Source: Flaccisagitta enflata
Lineage: Eukaryota
Assembly (NCBI GenBank): GCA_965153355.1
Contig: OZ231126.1
Coordinates: 42,718,001-42,782,000 of the forward strand
DNA: 64,000 nucleotides
Direction: 5' to 3'
Shown: in pieces, positions 28,049 to 39,614 of the stretch
How the letters are laid out: every line of letters begins with the position of its first letter
Position numbering within the stretch: position 1 is the stretch's first letter
Made by a program: the position numbers and the translations under genes
Notes under the pieces: generated by a model
Databases searched by the model: none
Told to the model about the DNA's origin: nothing
Seen by the model: the letters and a program-made list of their open reading frames with translations, nothing else

Positions 28049-28487
28049 TAAGTTTACGTTTACGTTTACGTTTACGTTTTTACGGAGATCGACAGTATCA
28101 CTACTGCAAATCAAAACCATCAATTTCGAAAAAAAGATATCACGAGATCTAAAGAATAATTGTGGAGATGTGTGGAACAATTTTGAAGAATTATGTATGA
28201 CAATATCAATAAAAAGTGCTCGGGAAACATGCAAGATTAAGAACCATATTAGATACCACCTCAAACAAAGTTTGATTTTTGCCATGGAAACAATCAAAAA
28301 TCCCCGAAACTTATTTTTTTTTTCTAATATTTTGTTTTAAAATCAAAGCATAATGTATGGTGTATCAATCCTCTTCAGAACTGAACAAGTTTGAGAAGTA
28401 AAGATTTGAGAAAAAAGATGAAAAAATGAATAACAATTTAGGGCAACTTATGCTTACAGTTACACTGTTTGAATTTCCTATCCATAC

Positions 28488-28621
28488 CTTGAAATGAAGA
28501 TGAGAGGCGAAGAAATGATTTTGAATCGCCAGAGCAAAATGCACCAGGATTGATAATGGCGACCAATATCTTCCTCGAGAGTGTGAGTTGAAACCAAAAT
28601 TGCCACCAAGATGACGGGAAA
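28488..28621 (-). CDS. 7TM gene exon 4 (TM6 end, TM7)
   Basis: CCCGTCAG|TTT CCC: FPVILVAILVSTHTLEEDIGRHYQSWCILLWRFKIISSPLIFIS-R; donor AAG|GTATGG. Confidence 0.75.
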
Positions 28622-28781
28622 CTGACGGGAAAATTGTGTGATCAGGTAATAGTGTGATAATGGTAAGGCTAGTGGAGTGATAACATATAGGCACTTATAA
28701 CGTTTTTCCAGGTTAAAACTTTAATTTTGTAAAGGTTTGTTCAAGAATGAACTTATTTTCAACAAACTTTCACAAACTTAC

Positions 28782-29099
28782 GTAAAACAAAGCGGTGACG
28801 GCAAATTGCAAAGCGGACGTTTGCGTGGCCCGTTTGAGAAGCGTCCTGGTCTGCTTGAGGACGGCGTTTCCGGTGCCTTGATGGGACACGAACCAATACG
28901 TGTGAGCGCTGGTGGCGACGATAGTGAAGAGGGTCAGGATGAAATAAGTAATGTGGAGGACGATAAAGTACGTTTGCACGTCTTCGAGATGGCATAATTG
29001 TGAGAAAGGAATGATGGAGGAGATGACGAGAATCCAAGTCGTCGCCGCCATCACTGCAACTCCTTTGAGATTCATGCTGACCACGCGAAAACGCCGAAT
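28782..29099 (-). CDS. 7TM gene exon 3 (ICL2, TM4, TM5, TM6 start)
   Basis: CCTCCCAG|ATT: IRRFRVVSMNLKGVAVMAATTWILVISSIIPF...LQFAVTALFY; donor TAC|GTAAGT; TM4 Trp present. Confidence 0.82.
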
Positions 29100-29187
29100 C
29101 TGGGAGGGGACACTAGGTACAGTCGCTTTCTGATTTCATGGTCCCAAGACAAAATCGAAATCTACTTTTGATTGGCGTCAATGTTAC

Positions 29188-29365
29188 CTGCTCTGTTCGG
29201 AAAATCAAGAAGAAAATGGTGGTCCAGTCTTCGAACCAAATCGGCGCCGACGCCGAACGAATACTCATCTTGAACAGTCGAGAAGCCTGACCATCGTCTG
29301 AGACCAATTGAGAAGCGACGATAGTGATGAGACCAAACAATCCGATGATCAGGTCAAACACCGAC
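29188..29365 (-). CDS. 7TM gene exon 2 (TM2, TM3)
   Basis: TTTTAG|G completes the ATG split across intron 1: MSVFDLIIGLFGL (LAxxD-like) ... FFLIFRTEQ; donor CAG|GTAACA. Confidence 0.82.
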
Positions 29366-29571
29366 CTAAAACAATGTGTTCATTTAAGTGATAAGGCCCT
29401 CAGAAAGAGGATTGTTCACTGCTCCACCATCTGAATAAAGTAGCTCAAGCCATTGATGTTCTGAGAGGGGATGGGCCAGAGCTTCAATTCAATACTATTT
29501 TATAACACTAGCTAAATGACTGTCTGTTGACCAAAAAGGAAAGAAGCCCAACAATGCATAACATTCACTCC

Positions 29572-29760
<189 letters not shown>

Positions 29761-30889
29761 CAAAAACAATAAAAATAAAAAAAAACAAAGCAAAAAAACA
29801 AAAAACAAAAAAAAAACAAGATGCGTCTTTTCATTAATTGATGAATCAGATAAAAGAAACGATTAAAATTGTTTTCTTTCAAGACATTTTTAAAGACTTT
29901 TAAAAAAAAACTTTAATTCTAAACCAAACGTTGAAGCCCTGCAATTTGGAGGCGTCAGAGAGATCTTTTAGGAAGGGATTATGAAATGGGTAATGTTTTC
30001 ATTCAAACTACAGGGGGACCCCGCAATAACGGGCTCACTTTTAAAGGTTCCCCATTTATAAAGGTCATCATTTTAAGGTCCCAAATGACAGCTTCTTTTG
30101 TGATTTCACCTCTTTATTAAGGTAAACCTAAGATAAAGGTGAGAAATCTTCAGTCCCAATGGGACCGATTAGGTGGAGTCCTACTGTAATACCATTTCTA
30201 AGTGAAATTAGATAGCAATTCTACATTGGAGCCAAATAGAATACATTCAAAGAGCCTTGGAATGGTCTAGAATTTTGTTTAGAGATTTATTGGCACAGTC
30301 ATTCATTCAAATGTGCGTCTTTTTAGTCGCGTGCTACGCGACTCTATAAGCCACTTTGTCGGTCGGTCCGTCGGTCGGTCGGTCGGTCGGTCGGTCGGTC
30401 CGTAACAAAGTCGTTTAAAGGGTGTTTTAAACGTTTCTCAATCATTTAAAAGGGTTTTCAGGCAATTCTATAAGCCATATTTAGGTCTGTCCATCCGTCT
30501 GTCTGTTTGTCGGTCCGTCTGTTCGTCGGTCGGTCCGTCGGTCCGTCACAAAGTCGTTTTTAAGGTGTTTTGAACATTTCAGAGTCATTTCAAAGGGTTT
30601 TCAGACAATTCTGTAAGTCACTTTTAGGATTGTCCATCTGTCGGTCTGTCTGTTGGTCCATTTGTCGGTCCGTCTGTCAGTCTGTCATAAAATTGTCTGT
30701 CTGTCTGTCTGTCTGTCTGTCATAAAATTGTTTTTAAGGCTTGCGGCTTTAAGGCAAAAGTAATTATTAAAAAATTTCACTCATCTTTCAAGTGTTAAAA
30801 AAATAGACAAGTTCTGTTAAATTGTTTTCTATTTCTGTACATAACAATGAGGTTATACTAACAGGAACAACACTTTTAAAGACAAACAT

Positions 30890-31898
30890 TTAAAATAACG
30901 GAACAATACAAGGAGCAGCATGGTCAGTGTAATAGGGCCAATGATGATGAATGCTGTAATTGTTGCTTGAATTAACAAACGCATAATCTAGTACACTTCC
31001 GCTTTCATGAGTAGAATCTCTTACTAATTGTCGAAAACCAATTGAAAGTATTGAATTAATGATAGGGTGGTTATTGTTTTGATTGAAGTCAATGTTAAAG
31101 TCTCCGACAATAAAACAATTATCACAGTGACTTATCAATTGCATCAAATTTTGCAAAAAAGTTGATGTATCAGCTCCTTGAGATCGATAAACGTTGATAA
31201 CATGACAATGGTTACTTGAAAATTTTGTCATTTGAAAAAGTTTATGATTGACTTCACCAGTAAGTTTAAATCTTCTTTTATAATAGCTTGCTATGCCTTT
31301 TCCATTTCCATGATTTGTGAGATGAAGATTAAAGCCATCTATGTTCAAGTGATCATTCACATAACTATCATTGCACCAAGTTTCTTGAACACAGATCATG
31401 CTACATTTTTTAAATTTGAAATCATTTTGAAGATCATTAATTTGTTTAGGTAACGAACGAATATTCACACTGACAATAAAAGTTAATGTTCTCAAAGTCA
31501 TTTCAAGTTCATTAGTTGAGATAGATTGAAGCCTTGACAATTCTTGCATAGCTAAGGGGGAAGGGAATATCTTATTTCTTGGAACTTTTTCGATGATAAA
31601 TAATTGACTTATAGCTTGAACACGACTAAGCATGACATAGGCTTGAGCGGGTTCCCTTACAGATTTCAGATCTAAAACAAGAGAGTCCGGTTTAGAAACA
31701 GTAGCTCCCTGCATTTTATGAGCTGTACAAGCAAAACTTAGTCTGAGAGGAAATTGCAGAGCAGTAAGCATTTGACTATTGGTCTGTTTTTTTGACATAC
31801 TAAAATTGAATTCTATTTTTTCTATGGGAGTTACGGGGATACCTGGATACATGTCTTGAAGGAAAGAAAAGTTTTTTTCTCATATTCTTACCAACTTT
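30890..31898 (-). pseudogene. Helentron polyprotein C-terminal part: Pif1 helicase late motifs and APE (Exo-endo-phos) endonuclease
   Basis: QFPLRLSFACTAHKMQGAT, QAYVMLSRV; then SVNIRSL, ICVQETW, INVYRS, IVGDFN, VLDY, TDH. One extra base in the T7 run at 31872-31878. Confidence 0.92.
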
Positions 31899-32049
31899 TT
31901 AGTCGCGGACTCGCGACTCTAGAACTTGCCGCGTCGGTCGGTCGGTCGGTCGGTCGGTCGGTCGGTAACCAAAACAAAATGCGAGCGTTTTCTTGCTATT
32001 CCGCTCCTGCCCACCCGTCCGCGACTTACGGGGAGTGTATACGGCCTTG
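31899..32049 (+). mobile_element. HINE copy inserted in the Helentron helicase
   Basis: TTAGTCGCGGACTCGCGACT...(GGTC)n...ACGGCCTTG; removal restores VHFNNE-KVGKNMR. Confidence 0.92.
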
Positions 32050-34896
32050 TTCATTATTAAAATGGACTAATACAGTTTTGATGGCGCCACTTTTTGAAAA
32101 TTGAAAGCCGATTATTTTGCCAAATGCGCCATTTGTTAATGAATCAATGACATCTACATTATAAGTTAACATTACTTTGGCACCTATTTTTAGTCTAAGT
32201 TTTTTTTGAAGAGGGGTATTAAAGATATTACCATCATTTGACGTTCTTGCCTTAACATCTTTCTGTGCAGAACTTCTAACAATAGCGTCAATTTCATGAA
32301 GCTCTCCATCTAATTTCTCAAGTTTGCGTTCATTCATTTTATTCACTTGTGCATTTGTCCCAGTAACAAATAGAGCTTCAGGGGGGATACTCGGATCATT
32401 GATGTTAGGCTTGATTCTTTGATTTAGTAAATCGTAATCACTTTCAGTTTGTGAACCAGATCTGATTCTGTTCAAAACTTCTGCATAATAGAAGTCTTCT
32501 CCCTGCCTATGATTTGTAAGTAACTGAAATACTTCAAATGTGTTCCAAAGTGATTCAATATGATATGCAGCATGATAATCTTTTGATTGCGGTAAATGGA
32601 AAATGTATTTTCCCATAACGGGTTTCAATTGCAATATGTCACCAAACATTATAACTGCAATTCCTCCAAAAGGATCATTTGCATTTTCTAGGAGCTCTCT
32701 CAAACGAAGATCCATTTGATATAACATATCAGCTTTTACCATGCTAAATTCATCAATTACTATTAATTTAAGATTCTTAAGAAAATCCCTTTTTTTATCT
32801 CTCAATTTGTCGGAAAGTGAAAGAAATTCATTGCTAAAAGGAAAATTAAAAGCACTATGGAGTGTCATGCCATCAATATTTGCCGCTGCTGTGCCAGTAA
32901 ATGATAAAGGAAGAACATATGGATTATCTAAATTGTCTCCAGGCCGTCTTAGAAATTTTTCTGTCAATTGTACAATGACTTTGATTACTGAACTTTTTCC
33001 ACTACCTGCACCCCCTTGAACAATAAGTTTAGGTGCAACAAATTTAAGAGGACATTTTCGACTTATGATTATTCTCTTTAGGTACCGCATAACAACATCA
33101 ACAACCATTCTTTGATCAACATCCATTTGATGAATAAGTGGGTAAAGTTGTTCTTCAGCAAGTAAAGTCGTTGTTTTGAATAACCCAGGTGTAATAGGAG
33201 CATCATCATCATCAGTTAGACCTTCATAGTCCTTAACTTCATAATCTGGGTTGTCTAAAAGGCCAATTTCTTCACATTCCGCTTGATCTTGCTCGTTTTG
33301 TGGATCCAATTCAGCAGCAATAGTATCTCTTAGTTCCCGGGCTGCTGCCATTCCCTCCTCAACATTTTCAAGAAAAGGCATGATTTTTCTTTTTACTTTA
33401 TAAATCTCACTTGCATCATAAGTCTGTTGACAAACGTCCATATCATCCTTTTCATCAAATAAGCAGTAACTTGGACCATCTGTTACATAATTTGTATGAG
33501 GATGATACAATTGAAGTTCTGAAAAAAGATATTCATGAAGTGTTTTTGTTTTTTTAAATTTGTGGATTCTTAATACAGCCTCAGTTCTTTTTCTCATGAA
33601 ATTTGGTTCTTTTTCTTGAGTGTCTTTCAACTGAATATATTGAGGTAACTTGAAAACTTCTTGCTCATCGTCAATATTTTTAGTTATGATAATATCTTCA
33701 ACAAGGATATTTCCATTAGAATCTATTTTTTTTGCGATTTTATTACTTTTAAATTCGTGTGTTTTAGGAATTTTTCTTAGACTAGAATACCTTTTTATAA
33801 ATTGAGCATAACATAGATCTTTTAGCTCTGGTTGCAAAATGCAATCTCTTCTTAGATATTTTTCATACAAAGAAGCTTTTTCTATATATTTTCCATCTCT
33901 ACCATGAACTTCAATTGCATCACTTACATGGTCAGCAATATTATCATCAATTCTTTGTAGCATTCGACTTGGATTAAACCCAGTGGGAGCAAAAATATCT
34001 TCTATGTTGGAATATGTAAGATGCATATGAGGAAGATTTCGATAATAAGCTTCACTCTCTCCCATCTGTCGATGAGTTATGAAAACTGATTTTAGTCTTT
34101 TCATTTTTGTCCTTAACTCTTCATTTTGGGCATCTTTGAGTTCATCTAAAAGCAGTTGCATGGTCCCACTGTCATCTTTAGAATAATAATCACTTATATA
34201 AGTAATAACAGCAAAAAAGTCTAAACACAACTGAATATCCATGTTACCATTCCAAACAGACAACCATTCTGGATTATAAGTATTGACCATAGTTTCTGAA
34301 ATATCTCTTTTATAAAATGGGCGATAACCAGATCTGTTAACAGACAAAGCATTTTCATATTCTTCTAATTTAGTACTTACATCATCATGTTTAGTGATAT
34401 CAAAATCAGCATGTTCTAACAAGTGCTCAATTCTTTGTTTCACAATTAAATTCTCTTTTGAATCATAATTAGGGATAGAATCCAAAGCAGCTTTGATACT
34501 AGACAGATCAGATATACCCTCGTCAGTAAGTGTCCCGGGAGTGGAAAAGAGATGCTGCAAATCATCAGGAACATGAGAAAAATCTTTCTTTTGAAAATCT
34601 GCATTTTCTAACAAAAGATTCAGTCTATACTTCAATTTGGAAGCTTCCATACATTCATTTAACTGAATTTGTTTAAATGAGCATATTTCTTTCATTTTTT
34701 CATCATCCTCTAAAACTTCTTTCACTGCATTAATGACATTTTCATATCTGGTCATCTTTTCTTTTTTTTCATTTTCATCATCAAAAATATAGTCTGAAGG
34801 ACTGCTTATGACAGTTTTATGAATAGGAAGCTTTGGAAAGTTGAAACGGCATTGAGTACCATATTTTCTACAAGCCTTTGCAGTATGCCTGTGAAG
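32050..34896 (-). pseudogene. Helentron polyprotein middle part: Rep C-half and Pif1-family SF1 helicase
   Basis: In frame after the stop: LHRHTAKACRKYGTQCRFNFP; catalytic-Tyr motif YISDYYSK; Walker A QGGAGSGKS, FTGTAA..IDGMTLHS, IVIDEFSMV, FGDILQLKPV, TNHRQ. Confidence 0.93.
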
Positions 34897-37800
34897 TTAC
34901 ACTTCCTTCACTAAATCACTCACAGCAGGATTTCTCAAAGAAACAGAAATGGCGAGATCAGCAACCTTCTCCATTGCTTGTAAATGATGCTTACATAGTT
35001 TCTGGCAGTTTCTAATAAGGTTTTTAGCTTCAACGAAATTGGTTCTCTCAGATTGTGACAATTGGGGCATTTTTTCCCAGTCTATCCATAATACCCCATG
35101 AGCATGTGGGGCCCCTCTAAATTGAAATTCAATTCGATAATTATAGTACTTAGTAGGTAAGGGGCCCAACTTATTCACTACTATTACTCTAATGAATTCT
35201 TTTAGTCGTTGTTGAAAGTCTAGAGTTGCATTTAACAAATTTGTTTTAATCATGTTATGTTTAGAAGGATAAGCCGCTAAAAAATCATCAAGAGTTTCTC
35301 CATCTACAAATATCTTTTCTACTCCGTGTTCATTAGTATAGGTAACATCATGGCCGTCTAGAAGGGATGTAAAATTTTCATCCCATCTAGAATCAGCACA
35401 AGATAGAGTAAAGAAAAAATCAAAAGGACCAAGGTTTTCTAATTTTGCATTTAATTTATAACGAGCTTTTTGCCAATATCTTGGCGTATTTTTAATATTA
35501 TCCATAACACTTATAGCATCATCCAAATGATAAACAGTTTTTCCATCACTGTGAAGACGTTTGTTGCCCCTTTGAAAAGCAAGGCTAATGTTACTATTCA
35601 TTTGCTTTCTTTCATAATAAGCCGCATAAGCAAAATTATAGGCAGGGTCTTTGGCAAATCGAGAATCAAAATTCATAATCCTTTGAGTAATATATTGCGG
35701 TTCAGATAGACGAGTAGATCGTGGTTCATTCATATCATTTTTACCATCAGGAAAATGAGCGGGAAACGATTTTGATTCCCAATTATCAGGAAAATCTGTA
35801 GGAATTTTACCCTCTCCTGGGGCAAGAACAATCGGTTCATCTTTATCATCAGCAATAACATTGCTTTCTGCGCTTATTTCAGGGCAATTATCAGCAAAAC
35901 ATGATGAAGCATTGTAATTAAATTGAAATTTTCGGACTGTATCATTTTCTATGTATTCTTTTTCAATTTCATTTTCATTGTCTTTGTCATCTGTGTTTTC
36001 TTTATTCTTAATGATACAAGAGTCACCATTTGAAAAGAAGTTAGCAATATCGTCATCAGAAGAAATGTGGTCATCAGATGTTTCTAATCTAGTAGAGAAT
36101 GAAAAGCCTTCATTTATAGTTTCATTACATTCCTTGAAATATTCATTTGCATCTACAGAAATATCTTTGTAATAGGGATTTCCCAAATTTTTCATCGTTT
36201 CAATGGCTTTTACTATCTTGTGACAGTCAATATATTCTTGCTTGTGAGCATTTTTTAAACTTTTCATTCTCTTTAATTGAACAGGAATAATACAAGCATT
36301 AGATGGTCGTCGAGGTAGTTGCTCAATGGTATGAGATATTTCTTCTAAGGGAATTGGCACATTAACAGTTTTATCTATCATGGCATTCCATCTACTTTTT
36401 GGAAGCAATTTTATCTTTTGGAATATAAGATTTGGAGCAATCAACTGGTTTTCAACTTCTTTCAAGTCTAATTCTGGATATTCTGAAAGATCAACTAATT
36501 GCAAATTATTTTGATTTGACATGGGGGCCATTTTACCTTTGTTCTTATAACTGTTGCAAGTGTGACACATGTAATCTTTATTTTGACAATCAACGGTTCC
36601 TTGTTTCACCGGCCTAGGCATTCTTTTTCTTACAATCATTCCAATACATCTTTTTATATAATTTGGATGATCTTTTTCTAATTGTTCTTCCCAATTATCC
36701 TCTAAAGCTTTTACTCCATTTTTGAAAAGTTTGCGATGACATGAGATACAAATGTAAGTCCTTCCATCTCGAATGGCATTTGCAAATGCCATTTTTCTTT
36801 TATACACGGTGTTTAAAGTCATTTGCTTTTCTCTATTTCTTAAAATTTGCTTTTCTTTTGCTCTTTTCTGATTATATGCTTTCTTATTTTTTTGCTTGTC
36901 TTTTGTTCTTTCATCTCTTTTCTCTCTTGCTCTTTTCTGATTATATGCTTTCTTTTTTTTTTGTATTTCCCCAACTCGTCTGCTTTGCCTTCCTTGGGTT
37001 TCTGTTCTTTTGAATAGTACTTTATCTAATTGTCTTTTCCTTGCCCTTTCTAGTATTTTTTCTGCTGCTCTTTTTAGGTTAAACCTTTCCTTGTCTTTTA
37101 GCTTGTCTTTTGTTCTTTCATCTCTTTTCTCTTTTGCTCTTTTATATAATTTCTTGTCTTTTTGCTGGTCTCTTATTCTTTCATCCCTTTTTTCTTTTGC
37201 TCTTTTCTGATTATATGATTTCTTGTCTTTTTGCTGGTCTCTTGTTCTTTCATCACTTTTCTCTTTTGCTCTTTTCTGATTATATAATTCCTTGTCTTTT
37301 TGCTGGTCTCTTGTTCTTTCATCACTTTTCTCTTTGGCTCTTTTCTGATTATATAATTTTTTGTCTTTTTGCTGGTCTCTTGTTCTTTCATCACTTTTCT
37401 CTTTTGCTCTTTTCTGATTATATAACTTCTTGTCTTTTTGCTGGTCTCTTGTTCTTTCATCACTTTTCTCTTTTGCTCTTTTCTGATCATATAATTTCTT
37501 GTCTTTTTGCCTGTCTTTTTTTCTTTCATCACTTTTCTCTTTTGCTCTCTTGAGGTTGTATGCTTCCTTATTTTGTTTTTTTTCTTCCATTCGTCTGTTT
37601 TGTCTTCCAATTGTTTCTTTTTCCATAAAAAGTAACTCATCTTCTTGCCTTTCTCCTTGCCTCAATTTTCTCACTCTGAGCCTTGTATTTTCCCGCTTCT
37701 GCTCTGCAGTCTCATTCAATTCTGAAATAACATAACAATTTTTGCAAGTTATATTTTTCTTGTGATTTAGATGTGATTTAAGGGTAAAAAATTTTTGTTT

Positions 37801-38061
37801 GCATCCTCTGCATATTCTCAACCCATTCTTGTCCGTATCTTGGTCAATTCTTATCCCAACACTGACAAAGCATTCTTTTAAGCCAAAAAAGGACAAAATT
37901 TTCTTATCTTGTATGTTTTGTGTTTGTTGTTGTTGTTTTTGTTTTGTTGCTGTTGTTGTTGTCTCGGTTGTTGTTGTTTTTGTTGTTGTTTTTTGCTCTT
38001 TTGGTTCTTGTAGTTTTGGTTTCTTGCTTTGTTGTTTTGATTGTTGCTCCTCTTGATTTGT

Positions 38062-38133
<72 letters not shown>

Positions 38134-39570
38134 TGATTGTTGTTGTTTTGGTGGTTGTTGTTGTTGTTTTTGTTTTGGTTGTTGCTGCTGTTGTTTTGAT
38201 TGTTTTTGTTGTTTTTGTTGTCGTTGTTGTTGTTGTTGTTGTTTTTGTTGTTTTTGTTGTTGTTGTTGTTTTGTTTCTTGTGGTTGTTGTGGTTGTTGCT
38301 TTGTTTTTTGTGGTTGTTGTAATTCTTGTTGTTGTTGTCGTTGTTGTTGCTGTTGTTGTTGCTGTTGTTGTCGTGATGATAGTTGCTGTTGTTCTGGCAC
38401 AAAAACATCTTTAGTTTTTTCTGGTAATGAGTGATAAACTGATTTTGAGGGAACAAAAACTGCAGTGTCATCTGAATCATCTGATGATATATCAACAAGT
38501 TCAATGAAATATTTACCTTTTTTACAGTATAAAGACTTTTGTTGAGATGATTCAATGACTTGAGCTGTTTTTGTTCTACTTATTGTAATATTTGTATTTG
38601 ATTGTGCTGATGAAGATTGTGGTTGAGCCACCACATGCACGTTATCATTTGATGTCTGATTATCAATTGATATAACTTGCTCAAAAATATAGATGTAATT
38701 TTCAATAGAAAAAATGAAATCATTTTGAATTTGTTGTGGTACATTATCATCTTCACACTTGTACCATTTTCCATCATGTTCAAGTATTGAATAGTAATGG
38801 CCACTGTGTAAACTACCGCTATGATTGATCAATGCAATTAGTCTGTATGAAACATTTTGAACTTTTATTTCAAACGATCCTTTAACATAAGTATCATTTT
38901 TTTTGGGCAAGTTATTTTCGGTTTCAAATCTTAATAACTGAATAAATAGAAATGGCCCCGGCTGTGAAAAATCTGTTATTTCATGATATAATTTCGGTGG
39001 CTTATCTTGGCATGATGGCTTGCTACATTTTTTAAATCCAACACTTAGGTTGAAGTAGTTGTCCACCAGATTTTGCAGTTCTAAATAATGCGCGGGTAAT
39101 AAATGGATATGCAATGTTGTTTCAGTTGAGTAAACAGGATCTTCGACAGTGTGACAATAAAAACATGCAGGTGAAAATCTATGACCAACAAAATGGTAAG
39201 TTCTTTTGAAGGTAAATTTGAACAAATCCGATAATGATGGCATAAACTCCAACAGTGCATCTAAAAATTCCTTACAATCTTGCTGATTTCCAGAAGAAAA
39301 TGTCCTTTGATTATCACCTCTTAAATTATCAACTTCCCTTCTTAATTGAGAGGCACTAACTCTAACTTGGCTATTTTCAAAAGAAAAGATTTTATGTAAA
39401 CTAGCATGAATCAATGTTTCGTTTGAGAGAGCTGGAAGAATCTCTTTAAAAGTTTGCACTCTCCTAAGTACATTTATAATGCAGTTGGTGAAACATGCAT
39501 TCTTATCTACCCCAAAAAAAGAATTCTTTAGTAAAAGTTTTGGTATCATTTTCTTTGAATATTGACTCAC
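34897..39570 (-). pseudogene. Helentron polyprotein N-terminal part: USP (peptidase C19) domain, poly-Q, Zn-finger, 23-aa repeats, HUH Rep
   Basis: USP boxes NACFTNCIINVL, QQDCKEFL, LINHSGSLHSGHYYS..WYKCEDD; Rep motifs FFFTLSCADSRW and YRIEFQFRGAPHAHGVLW; premature TAA at 34897-34899. True start uncertain. Confidence 0.92.
36850..37570 (-). repeat. Coding tandem repeat, 69 nt / 23 aa (DKKLYNQKRAKEKSDERTRDQQK), about 10 copies
   Basis: Seen in the translation and in the DNA. Confidence 0.9.
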
Positions 39571-39614
39571 AAAAGATAGAAATGGAAATGGAAAAGACTT
39601 ACTTGCTGTAATAT

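Noticed and set aside
28365-28694. 109-aa - strand ORF as the 7TM exon
   Set aside because: Wrong frame; the phase-compatible exon is 28488-28621 in another frame.
34897-39570. Host USP gene or endogenous virus interpretation
   Set aside because: USP is in frame with Helentron-type Rep and bounded by Helentron termini; no capsid or polymerase motifs were seen.
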